DNA of 64,000 bases from an uncultured Ruminococcus sp. (GTDB lineage Bacteria > Bacillota > Clostridia > Oscillospirales > CAG-382). The stretch spans positions 263 through 64,262 of the forward strand of contig CAZJVB010000006.1 in assembly GCA_964549435.1 (NCBI GenBank). Reading direction: 5' to 3'. The translations under genes were made by a program, and so were the position numbers. Positions 56,087 to 64,000 of the stretch are shown piece by piece. Under the pieces are notes generated by a model, which made no database searches, was not told the origin of the DNA, and saw only the letters and a list, made by a program, of their open reading frames with translations. How positions within the stretch are numbered: the first letter of the stretch is position 1; each line of letters begins with the position of its first letter.

Positions 56087-57336
56087 AGATGAAGCAATTT
56101 GGGAAAATCCTGCGTTTTGAACTGAAAAATTACCTGCGTAACAAGGTTTTCGTCGGGATTACGGTCTTTTTGGTGGTTGTGGTTGCCGTTGTAATGTTTT
56201 TCCCGCGTCTGGCAGAGGGGCTCGGCGGTGAGGACAAACCGGAGGAAGCATTGCCTGTTCTGCTTGTGTCGCTTCCTGCATCTGACACGGCAGACGGCTT
56301 TGATGAGGCCTGCCGGGAAGCATTTACCGCTTCTTTTCCTATGTATGAGGTGAAAATTACCGGAGAATCGCCGGATGCAATCCGTGAAAGGATTCTGTCC
56401 GGAGAAGCGGAGTGCGCGTTTGTACTGGATAGTCTGACCTCCTATACGTATTATGTCGATACGCTTTCTCTGTATGACGGCAATACTGCCGTCGCAGATG
56501 AGGTGATGCAGAATTTGTATTATGTGCGGGCAATGGTAAACGGCGGGATCCCAGCGGAAGCTGCCTCGCAGATTCTTTCCGTGCAGATTCAGCATGAGGT
56601 AAACAATCTCGGACAGGATCAGGCGCAGAATTTCTTTTATACCTATCTCATGATTTTTGCGTTGTACATGGTCATTCTGCTGTATGGGCAGATGGTCGCA
56701 ACCAATGTCGCTACTGAGAAAAGCTCGCGCGCGATGGAGCTGTTGATTACCAGCGCTGAACCATCGAGTATGATGTTCGGCAAGGTCATCGCTTCCTGCT
56801 TCGCAGGGCTGATTCAGCTGGTCGCTGTGTTCGGCTCCATGTTCCTGTGCTTCCGGCTCAACGAAACCTACTGGGAAGGAAATCAGGTTGTTGCTTCTAT
56901 TTTTGATATGCCGCCGGCACTGCTGGCATATATGCTGCTCTTCTTTGTGCTTGGGTTCCTGATCTATGCTTTCCTATACGGTGCGATCGGATCTACGGTG
57001 TCCAAATTGGAGGATATCAATACCTCGGTGATGCCGGTGACGGTGCTGTTCATTCTTGGCTTTTTTGTCGTCATGTTTTCCATGTCGTCAGGTTCAGTGG
57101 ACAATACGCTGATGATGATCTGCTCTTATGTTCCGTTTACTTCTCCGATGGCGATGTTCACCCGCATTGCAATGAGCACCGTGCCGATCTATGAGATTGT
57201 TATTTCCGTTGCGATTCTGTTCGGCTCCGTGGTTGGAGTCGGTGTGCTGTCTGCAAAGATCTACCGTGTTGGTGTTCTTCTGTATGGGACAACGCCGAAG
57301 CTTGGCTCCATTCTGAAGGCAATCAGAAGAGCATAA
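56083..57336 (+). CDS. ABC-2 type transporter permease (NatB/YhaP-like)
   Basis: 417 aa. N-terminal TM, large extracytoplasmic loop, then 5 C-terminal TM segments. ATGA overlap with the ATPase gene. Confidence 0.8.
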   Translation: MKMKQFGKILRFELKNYLRNKVFVGITVFLVVVVAVVMFFPRLAEGLGGEDKPEEALPVLLVSLPASDTADGFDEACREAFTASFPMYEVKITGESPDAIRERILSGEAECAFVLDSLTSYTYYVDTLSLYDGNTAVADEVMQNLYYVRAMVNGGIPAEAASQILSVQIQHEVNNLGQDQAQNFFYTYLMIFALYMVILLYGQMVATNVATEKSSRAMELLITSAEPSSMMFGKVIASCFAGLIQLVAVFGSMFLCFRLNETYWEGNQVVASIFDMPPALLAYMLLFFVLGFLIYAFLYGAIGSTVSKLEDINTSVMPVTVLFILGFFVVMFSMSSGSVDNTLMMICSYVPFTSPMAMFTRIAMSTVPIYEIVISVAILFGSVVGVGVLSAKIYRVGVLLYGTTPKLGSILKAIRRA

Positions 57337-57356
57337 AAGAAGGAGGAATCCCTGAG

Positions 57357-57860
57357 ATGCTGTACCTTCGGTCTTATGATCCTGATGATGCACAGAAGAT
57401 TGTTTCTTGGATCGGAGATGAGGTTTCCTTCCGGCAGTGGTGCGCCGATCGGTATGAAGCCTATCCGATCTCTGCGGAAGATGTGAATCGGTATTATGCG
57501 CCTTATGCAGATAGCGACCGATTTTTCCCCATGACCGCTTGTGACGGGACAGAACCGGTCGGTCATCTGCTTCTGCGTTTTACAAATGAGACGCGGACAG
57601 CGTTACGGTTCGGTTTTATCATCGTAGATGCTTCCAAACGCGGGAGGGGATACGGTCGGAACATGCTCATGCTGGCTTTGCAGCGCGCCTTTTCGTTTCC
57701 GCAGGTGGCAAAGGTGACTTTGGGTGTTTTTGAAAACAACGCACCTGCCCGTGCCTGCTACCGATCGGTCGGCTTCCGGGAAGCCGTCTGCGCGCCGGAA
57801 CGGTATGAAATATTGGGAGAGATTTGGAACTGCTTGGAAATGGAACTGGAAAGGGTGTGA
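57357..57860 (+). CDS. GNAT family N-acetyltransferase
   Basis: 167 aa. Strong SD AGGAGG. Acetyl-CoA motif RGRGYGRNMLMLAL. Confidence 0.82.
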   Translation: MLYLRSYDPDDAQKIVSWIGDEVSFRQWCADRYEAYPISAEDVNRYYAPYADSDRFFPMTACDGTEPVGHLLLRFTNETRTALRFGFIIVDASKRGRGYGRNMLMLALQRAFSFPQVAKVTLGVFENNAPARACYRSVGFREAVCAPERYEILGEIWNCLEMELERV

Positions 57861-57866
57861 TGCGAG

Positions 57867-58193
57867 ATGGCAAAATGGGAACAGGCGATTTCCGGGAATT
57901 TTGATGAGCTCTTGCACCGGATTGAGACCGGAATTCTGCACGGGAGCGTGTCAGCTTCATTGGAGGACGAGAGCGACTTTTGTGAGGGTGACGCGCGCTG
58001 CAGCGTGCGTGTCTTTGAACGATACAGCTATGCGGGCGGGAACCGTGTCAGTATGAGCGTGACGCTGTTCCAGAAGGGAAATGGGGATATCCACCTTTCC
58101 GCGATCACTGCAGGCGGCAGTCAGGCGATGTTCTTCAAGGTGAATACGTGGGGAGAGGAAGCGTTTCTCGACAAGTTGCAGGAACTTCTTTAA
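57867..58193 (+). CDS. hypothetical soluble protein
   Basis: 108-aa ORF 6 nt after the GNAT gene. Ordinary amino-acid composition and no motif I can name. Confidence 0.55.
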   Translation: MAKWEQAISGNFDELLHRIETGILHGSVSASLEDESDFCEGDARCSVRVFERYSYAGGNRVSMSVTLFQKGNGDIHLSAITAGGSQAMFFKVNTWGEEAFLDKLQELL

Positions 58194-58199
58194 GGTGGC

Positions 58200-58700
58200 A
58201 TGGGACATTTCGGTTTTTCATGGATCGGATTGCTCTGGATGCTGATGCTGGTGCTTCCGAATCTTTTGTGGGTACGGAGGCAGCCGGAAGGATATACGGC
58301 GGCCGGAGAAAATCGTTTTCTTCGCCTTTTGGAACGGATGGGAGAGGCACTGGTCACCGTTTCGGCACTTTGCTTTTCCGATTACCGTTTTCGTTTAGAC
58401 GCCGGCCGGAGGCTTTGGTGGCTGGTCGTATCTTTTTTACTGATGCTTCTGTATGAGGTATGGTGGATTCGCTACTTCCGAAGCTCCCGCACGCTGCGTG
58501 ATTTCTATCGTTCTCTGTTTGGAATTCCCGTGCCGGGTGCAGCCCTGCCGGTGGCAGCGTTTTTCCTGCTCGGCATGTACGGACGAGTACTTTGGATGCT
58601 GCTCGCCGTATGTATTTTGGGCGTCGGACATATCGGCATTCATCTCGGACATCGAAAACAGATCAAACAGGCGGATACCGCCGGAACGGAGTATATATGA
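58200..58700 (+). CDS. hypothetical 4-TM membrane protein
   Basis: 166 aa, W/L-rich hydrophobic segments. 6 nt after the previous gene, with its stop overlapping the next ATG. Confidence 0.55.
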   Translation: MGHFGFSWIGLLWMLMLVLPNLLWVRRQPEGYTAAGENRFLRLLERMGEALVTVSALCFSDYRFRLDAGRRLWWLVVSFLLMLLYEVWWIRYFRSSRTLRDFYRSLFGIPVPGAALPVAAFFLLGMYGRVLWMLLAVCILGVGHIGIHLGHRKQIKQADTAGTEYI

Positions 58701-59587
58701 CGGTTTTAGAGAGCTTTGACGGAAAGAAGATCACAATTCACGAGTGGCTAGATGTGGAACATCCGGTCGGTATCGTGCAGATCATACACGGTATGGCAGA
58801 GCATGCTGCCCGTTATGAAGCGTTTGCACGGTTCCTGAATGCACATGGCTTTCTGGTTGTTGCGGACGACCACCGCGGACACGGAGAGACGGACTCTGCG
58901 ACGCTTGGCTATTGCCAAGGCAATATGTTTGCAGATACCGTGCATGACGAGGCAGAAATTACCGGATCTTACCGGAAGCGGTACCCTTCCCTTCGGTATC
59001 TTGTATTCGGTTTTTCTTACGGATCGTTTCTTACGCAGAGTTATATCGGAAAATACGGACATTTGATTGACGGCGCGGTGATTGCCGGCAGCAATTATAA
59101 GAAGGATTTTGAGGTTTATCTCGGAGCGCTGGTGGCAGGAGCGGGCTGTCTGTTCGTCGGAGAGCGAAAGCCCGCGCGCCTGATCGAACGGTTGTCTTTT
59201 GGCGCATATGCGAAGCGCTTTCCGGACGGGGAGTGGGTGAGCGCGGATGCGGAAAACAATGCGCGCTATCACAAGGATCCGCTTTGCGGTTTTACATGTT
59301 CCAACCGCTTCTATGCGGATTTCTTCTGCGGATTGAAGAGACTGTATACGAAAAGGTACCGTGAAGGACTGAACCGGGAGCTGCCGCTTTTGTTGGTCTC
59401 GGGAGCGGAGGACCCTGTCGGGGAAATGGGAGCGGGTGTCAGAAGATTGGCACGCTTTTATCAAGACGCGGGTGTGAAAAGGGTGGAATTGGCGCTATTT
59501 TCCCATGCCCGTCATGAATTCCTGAACGAAGAACAGGATCGCGAGCAGAAATACGGGACGGTCCTTCGCTTTTTGGAAGGAATTTGA
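58697..59587 (+). CDS. alpha/beta hydrolase (lysophospholipase/monoacylglycerol lipase-like)
   Basis: ATG 58697 (MTVLESFDGKK). IHGMAEHAARY and the nucleophile elbow GFSYGS. Confidence 0.82.
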   Translation: MTVLESFDGKKITIHEWLDVEHPVGIVQIIHGMAEHAARYEAFARFLNAHGFLVVADDHRGHGETDSATLGYCQGNMFADTVHDEAEITGSYRKRYPSLRYLVFGFSYGSFLTQSYIGKYGHLIDGAVIAGSNYKKDFEVYLGALVAGAGCLFVGERKPARLIERLSFGAYAKRFPDGEWVSADAENNARYHKDPLCGFTCSNRFYADFFCGLKRLYTKRYREGLNRELPLLLVSGAEDPVGEMGAGVRRLARFYQDAGVKRVELALFSHARHEFLNEEQDREQKYGTVLRFLEGI

Positions 59588-59675
59588 CAGAGCGACAGAA
59601 CGAATGTTTTGTTTATTCAGACAAAAAATAGGCGGCAGTTCTCCTGAAAAAACGACGGCGAACCGCATGATTATG

Positions 59676-59708
59676 CAAAAAAATCCTTATTCAGCAAGGA
59701 TTTTTTTG
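59676..59708 (+). terminator. weak A/T-flanked terminator hairpin after the hydrolase gene
   Basis: Stem ATCCTT/AAGGAT (59683-59688 / 59696-59701), 7-nt loop, followed by TTTTTTG. An A-run lies upstream. Confidence 0.5.
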
Positions 59709-59765
59709 TTTGACAAAAAGATACAAAACTGTTTTCATTCGCCAAAGAAAATTCCCCACTCGCTC

Positions 59766-59794
59766 TTGACAGATTTCTCCCGGTAAAATATAAT
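59766..59794 (+). promoter_or_regulatory. sigma-A-like promoter of the dcw (mraZ) operon
   Basis: TTGACA (59766-59771)-17 nt-TATAAT (59789-59794), about 100 nt upstream of mraZ. The CCACAAGGTGG palindrome follows immediately. Confidence 0.55.
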
Positions 59795-59892
59795 AAAACC
59801 ACAAGGTGGTAATTTGAGGAAGTAAATGGAAGAAAATTCCATATTTTTCCAGCATTGCCCATTTTAGAGGCGGGAAAGGAGCGGACAGACGA

Positions 59893-60309
59893 ATGTTTAC
59901 CGGTACTTATCGGCATGCGATCGATTCTAAAGGAAGACTGTTCATTCCTGTGCGCTTGCGCGAGGAGCTGGGAGAAACTTTTATGGTTACCCGCGGCTTG
60001 CAATCCTGTCTGCGTCTCTATCCGATGGCTGCTTGGGAGGCGTTCGCTTCAAAAATTGCTGCTTTGCCGGAATCCAAGGCAAAAGATGTCCGTCATTATT
60101 TCTTTGCAAATGCCTTTGATGCTTCTTTGGATGCGCAGGGACGTGTGACATTGCCGGCAGAAAGCCGCCGTTTTGCTGCGCTGGAAAAGAATGTGGTGCT
60201 TGTCGGCGACGATACCCGACTGGAAATTTGGGATGAAACCCGCTGGGACAAGCTGGATGAGGAAAACAACGGTAATATCGTTCCCGTTCTGGAGGAACTC
60301 GGTTTCTGA
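59893..60309 (+). CDS. mraZ: transcriptional regulator MraZ
   Basis: 138 aa. MFTGTYRHAIDSKGRLFIP, with a second DAQGRVTLP repeat. SD GAAAGGAG upstream. Confidence 0.95.
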   Translation: MFTGTYRHAIDSKGRLFIPVRLREELGETFMVTRGLQSCLRLYPMAAWEAFASKIAALPESKAKDVRHYFFANAFDASLDAQGRVTLPAESRRFAALEKNVVLVGDDTRLEIWDETRWDKLDEENNGNIVPVLEELGF

Positions 60310-61235
60310 TGGAATATAAGCATGTTACCGTGCTGCTGCACGAGATGGTGGACGCTGTACTGACGGATCCGCACGGCGTCTATGTGGACTGTACCCTTGG
60401 CGGTGCGGGGCATACCGCGCTTTTACTTTCACGTTTATCCGAAAATGGACGAGTGATAGGTGTGGATCGGGATGAAACAGCTTTGCAGCATGCAGCAGAG
60501 ACTGTCCATGATGACCGTCTGATACTTTGTAAAAGCAATTTTTCCGATATATCCGATATCGTCCGAACGTATGCACCGGGCGGTGTCAGCGGAATTTTTG
60601 CGGATCTCGGGATTTCCAGCCCGCAGGTGGACGATTCTTCCCGTGGTTTTTCCTATGCGGCAGATGCTTTTTTGGACATGCGGATGGATCGCTCGCAGAG
60701 GCTGACCGCTTACGAGGTTGTCAATACCTATCCGCGGGAAGAACTGATTCGGATCCTTCGGGAATATGGTGAGGAGCGGTTTGCCGGTCGTGTTGTCGAA
60801 CGGATCATACGCACACGGGAGAATGCTCCCATCCGTACCACTTCGGAATTGACTGCGGTCGTTGCCGCTGCTCTGCCGAAGCAGAATAAGAGAGAGGGGC
60901 ATCCCTGCAAGCGTACCTATCAGGCAATCCGCATCGAAGTGAATTCCGAGCTTTCCGGCGTTTCGGCGCTGATCGAAAACGGAGTTCCCTGTCTGCTTTC
61001 AGGAGGCAGAATGTGTATCATCAGCTTTCACTCGCTGGAGGATCGCATCGTTAAAAGTGCGTTTTCCCGTATGGAAACCCCCTGTACCTGTCCGAAGGAT
61101 TTCCCGGTCTGCGTTTGTGGAAGGGTACCGCTCGTTCGGGTATTGACGCGCAAGCCCATCGTTCCTACAGAGGAGGAAGTGCTTGCCAATCATCGTGCGC
61201 ACAGTGCGAAGCTGCGGTGCTGTGAACGGCTTTAA
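60309..61235 (+). CDS. rsmH: 16S rRNA (cytosine1402-N4)-methyltransferase
   Basis: 308 aa with HVTVLLHE, DCTLGGAGH, DLGISSPQ and SFHSLEDR motifs. Confidence 0.95.
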   Translation: MEYKHVTVLLHEMVDAVLTDPHGVYVDCTLGGAGHTALLLSRLSENGRVIGVDRDETALQHAAETVHDDRLILCKSNFSDISDIVRTYAPGGVSGIFADLGISSPQVDDSSRGFSYAADAFLDMRMDRSQRLTAYEVVNTYPREELIRILREYGEERFAGRVVERIIRTRENAPIRTTSELTAVVAAALPKQNKREGHPCKRTYQAIRIEVNSELSGVSALIENGVPCLLSGGRMCIISFHSLEDRIVKSAFSRMETPCTCPKDFPVCVCGRVPLVRVLTRKPIVPTEEEVLANHRAHSAKLRCCERL

Positions 61236-61275
61236 ATGGCAGCGGGAAGATCAAGAGAGAGGAAGTTGACTATAT

Positions 61276-61815
61276 ATGGAACCGACCAAGGAAACGCGCG
61301 CCGTCCGATCCCGTTCCGCCGGTACTGCCGCACCTGTCCGCAAAGCGCCTTCCCGCGCTGTCGTGCAGAGAAACCGCCCGACACGGCGTCGCGCGGTACG
61401 GGAGCCGAAATTCATCACAGTTCGGAAAAAGAGAAAAGACCGTGCGCCGTTTCCGATCGGTGTGATTTTGATTCTTGTGATCATCACGGCGCTGTTTCTT
61501 TTTATGATGATGAATTACGCCGAGATTGATAAGTATAACGGGGCGATCCGCGACCTGCAGAATGAGGTTGCAACGCTGCAGGCAGAACAGAAGAAGCTGG
61601 ATGTCAGACTGGAAAATAAAGACGACCGTGTAGCCTTTGAGCAGTATGCGGCGGAGCAGCTTGGCATGGTCAAGGCGGACTCTATGAATAAGTATATTAT
61701 CACCTTGAGTCCGGAGGATAAGACGGAAATGATGGAGTACGACGATGGCGGCGAGTCCGGCTTCGGCTATCTTCTTTCCGGTCTTGCAGAGGTTGTGCGG
61801 GATTTCTTTCAGTAG
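61276..61815 (+). CDS. ftsL: FtsL-like cell division protein (bitopic, coiled coil)
   Basis: 179 aa. Basic N-terminus, one TM (FPIGVILILVIITALFLFMMM), then coiled coil IRDLQNEVATLQAEQKKLD. Canonical position after rsmH. Confidence 0.75.
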   Translation: MEPTKETRAVRSRSAGTAAPVRKAPSRAVVQRNRPTRRRAVREPKFITVRKKRKDRAPFPIGVILILVIITALFLFMMMNYAEIDKYNGAIRDLQNEVATLQAEQKKLDVRLENKDDRVAFEQYAAEQLGMVKADSMNKYIITLSPEDKTEMMEYDDGGESGFGYLLSGLAEVVRDFFQ

Positions 61816-62108
61816 ACGTTTGCTTCCGGACCTGTGGTCTGTATCCTGTTTGCCGGAAACCGGTTTCCTTTGGTATGATTTCCGGACGGGATGAATATAG
61901 TATATCGAAAAGGATAGGGTAAGAAACGCGGGCATTGTAAAGCACGTCAAAGTGCTTTGACAGCGCAGAAGGCGTCCTTACCCGTTTGCCTTATTTTCAC
62001 CGACGCTGTTTTGCGCGGGATGAAGGCAAAGTTGTGCATTGCAAAGGCATTTCCCGATGGGAATTGGCAGCCCGGAGCCTGTGGGTTGAAGAAAGGATTG
62101 TTATCAGC

Positions 62109-64000
62109 ATGGATCGTCATACACCGGATAAGCAGTCTCCGGAACCTAAGAAGTCCTCCGCGTCCGATTCCGAACGTTCCGGCTTGCCAGTCAGGACACC
62201 GACACCGGGAAAACTGACCAAGCGGAAGAAAAAACGATGGGAATTGACACATAAGATCATCGTGACGCGCAGCAGAGTCGCGATGGTGCTCATGCTGATC
62301 CTGTTGATTGCGCTTTGCGGTAGATTGGCATTTTTGCAGCTTCTGGATCCGTACCATTATGCAGATGCCGCTGTGGAGCAATATACGTATGAAGTGAAGC
62401 TGGAGGCGAAGCGCGGAACGATTTATGCTTCCGACGGTACTACCAAATTGGCTGTCAGCGCAACGACGCAGACTGTGTTCATTTCTCCTTCGGATATATA
62501 TGAGGCAGCGACGGAGAGCGATTTGAATTCCGGTCAGACGCCGCCCGGCGAGGAGGCACAGATTCGCATGATTGCCAACGGGCTTGCGTCCTGTCTGGAT
62601 GATTACGATGCACAGACGCTGATCGATAAGTATAATGCGCTGGGAACCGCCAAGAAACGGTATAAATATCTGATAGTAAAAAAGGACATCAGTGAGGAAG
62701 AGGAAGCACGGGTTCGCGCTTTCATCTCCGAAAACGGTCTGGAGTTGCAGATTGCACTGGAGGAGGGAACCAAGCGGTACTATCCCTATAGTACGTTTGC
62801 CGCTCAGCTGCTCGGCTTCGTCGGTTCGGATAATACGGGGCTTGGCGGGTTGGAATATACCTATGATGAATACTTGAGCGGGATCGATGGTCGAGCGGTT
62901 CGCGCGCAGGATGCCAATGGCAACGAGCTTGCTTATAATTATGAAAGCTACATCGAGGCACAGGACGGTTTGAATTTGGTAACCACCATCGATTGGACCA
63001 TCCAGTCTATCGTGGAAAAATATTTGCAGCAAACTTATGCGGAGCATGAGCCGGAAGGTCGTGTTTCCTGCGTTGTCATGGATGTTGATACCGGTGAAAT
63101 TCTTGCACTGGCAATTTATCCGAGCTTCGATCTGAACAATTACACCACGCTTTCTGCGGAGTATCAGCAAAAGCTGGATGCCTATGAAGGGGAGGATAAA
63201 GACTCCTACCGTTCCACATTGATGAATGAGATGTGGAACAATACCATCGCCTCCCAGACCTACGAGCCGGGGTCAACATTCAAGGTCATTACCGCCGCCA
63301 TGGCGCTGGAGAGCGGTGCCGTAACGACAACGCAGACTTTTGGCTGCGGTGGTGAATTAAGAATAGACGGGTGGCCTACGATTCATTGCTGGACGACGAG
63401 AGATCATGGTCTGCAGACGATTGCGCAGGCACTGGTCAATTCCTGCAATCCGGCGCTGGCACAGATCGGTCTTGCCACCGGTAGGGAGACCTTCCAGAAA
63501 TATTTTGAGGAATTCGGATATACTTCGAAAACCGGCTCCGATCTGATCGGTGAGGTTTCTTCCATCTATTACGATACAACCGGTGCCGAGTTCACTGATC
63601 TTTCGCTTGCTGTTTATTCCTTCGGTCAGACGTTTAAGATCACGATGCTGCAGCATATTGCCGCACTTTCTGCGGTGGCGAACGGGGGAAATCTCGTCAC
63701 GCCTCATGTGGCGAAATATCTGACCGATCAGGATGGCAACATCGTTAAAACCTTTTCAACAGAAAGTGTACGGCAGGTGGTTTCCGAATCTGTCTGCAAG
63801 GAGATTCTGTCCTATCTGGTAAATTCTACAAAAAACGCCTGTGTTACCGGTTACAATGTGGTTTCTAAGACCGGTACCTCCGAAAAGCGGGATACCGAGC
63901 GTGAGGATGACTATATCTCTTCCTGCGTGACGTTCGCGCCGGCGGAGGATCCGCAGATCGCCGTCTTGGTCACGGTGGATACGCCGAATACCGCTTACGG
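62109..64000 (+). CDS. class B penicillin-binding protein (FtsI/SpoVD-type transpeptidase), 3' end beyond the window
   Basis: Open frame from ATG 62109 to the window end, absent from the ORF track. N-terminal TM, PBP dimerisation region, and SxxK (GSTFK), SxN (NSCN) and KTG (SKTGT) motifs. Confidence 0.9.
   Translation, partial: MDRHTPDKQSPEPKKSSASDSERSGLPVRTPTPGKLTKRKKKRWELTHKIIVTRSRVAMVLMLILLIALCGRLAFLQLLDPYHYADAAVEQYTYEVKLEAKRGTIYASDGTTKLAVSATTQTVFISPSDIYEAATESDLNSGQTPPGEEAQIRMIANGLASCLDDYDAQTLIDKYNALGTAKKRYKYLIVKKDISEEEEARVRAFISENGLELQIALEEGTKRYYPYSTFAAQLLGFVGSDNTGLGGLEYTYDEYLSGIDGRAVRAQDANGNELAYNYESYIEAQDGLNLVTTIDWTIQSIVEKYLQQTYAEHEPEGRVSCVVMDVDTGEILALAIYPSFDLNNYTTLSAEYQQKLDAYEGEDKDSYRSTLMNEMWNNTIASQTYEPGSTFKVITAAMALESGAVTTTQTFGCGGELRIDGWPTIHCWTTRDHGLQTIAQALVNSCNPALAQIGLATGRETFQKYFEEFGYTSKTGSDLIGEVSSIYYDTTGAEFTDLSLAVYSFGQTFKITMLQHIAALSAVANGGNLVTPHVAKYLTDQDGNIVKTFSTESVRQVVSESVCKEILSYLVNSTKNACVTGYNVVSKTGTSEKRDTEREDDYISSCVTFAPAEDPQIAVLVTVDTPNTAY

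Noticed and set aside
58748-59464. 238-aa ORF antisense to the alpha/beta hydrolase gene.
   Set aside because: This is a shadow ORF. The sense strand has the GxSxG elbow and fits the operon.
61947-63170. 407-aa minus-strand ORF, the longest unannotated ORF in the track.
   Set aside because: It is antisense to the PBP gene, which carries SxxK, SxN and KTG motifs but is absent from the track only because it runs off the window. The antisense translation is R/I/Q-rich with no motifs.

Overview
This 64 kb window (roughly 55% G+C) looks like chromosomal core from a spore-forming Clostridia-type Firmicute, possibly Oscillospiraceae/Ruminococcaceae-like. All protein calls rest on motifs I recognised by eye in the supplied translations plus start-codon, SD and overlap logic. 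No similarity search was run.

Gene order:
- 0-17.8 kb, all minus strand: lgt, an M16 peptidase pair, nagA-like, ispF-ispD, a four-subunit 2-oxoacid:ferredoxin oxidoreductase, a P-loop NTPase, a U32 peptidase, mltG, a CPBP protease, DJ-1, a Tmk-like kinase, CapA, hflX, rpmE.
- 17.9-34.5 kb, all plus strand: an MBL hydrolase, queA, miaA, an orphan HlyD-like protein, yggS-sepF-yggT-divIVA-ileS-lspA-rluD, split transketolase, nif3, rqcH, a flavin reductase, rlmH.
- 34.3-42 kb, mixed accessory stretch: an Asn/Gln-repeat micro-ORF, a dockerin-bearing transglutaminase-like protein, cysE, and a spoIID / M23 (SpoIIQ-like) / second SpoIID-domain cluster.
- 42-59.6 kb: a CPA2 antiporter, potABCD behind a long leader, degV, marR, tetR plus a MacB/FtsX-type ABC pair, a PPase-NUDIX fusion, a PNPOx-family protein, and a seven-gene GNAT / ABC-2 / hydrolase operon.
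- 59.9 kb to the window end: the head of the dcw cluster (mraZ-rsmH-ftsL-class B PBP, truncated by the window end).

I found no rRNA, tRNA, CRISPR array, transposase, integrase or recognisable defence system. Most of the window is ordinary housekeeping sequence.

The most interesting items, all modest and unproven:
1. A 52-aa Asn/Gln-repeat micro-protein gene, below the ORF-track cutoff, with a forespore-type promoter-like element.
2. A ~335-nt hairpin-rich leader upstream of potABCD that matches no riboswitch class I can name.
3. The spoIID / SpoIIQ-like / second SpoIID-domain cluster.
4. An orphan membrane-fusion-like protein heading the sepF-divIVA division cluster.
5. A tightly coupled seven-gene GNAT / ABC-2 / hydrolase operon.
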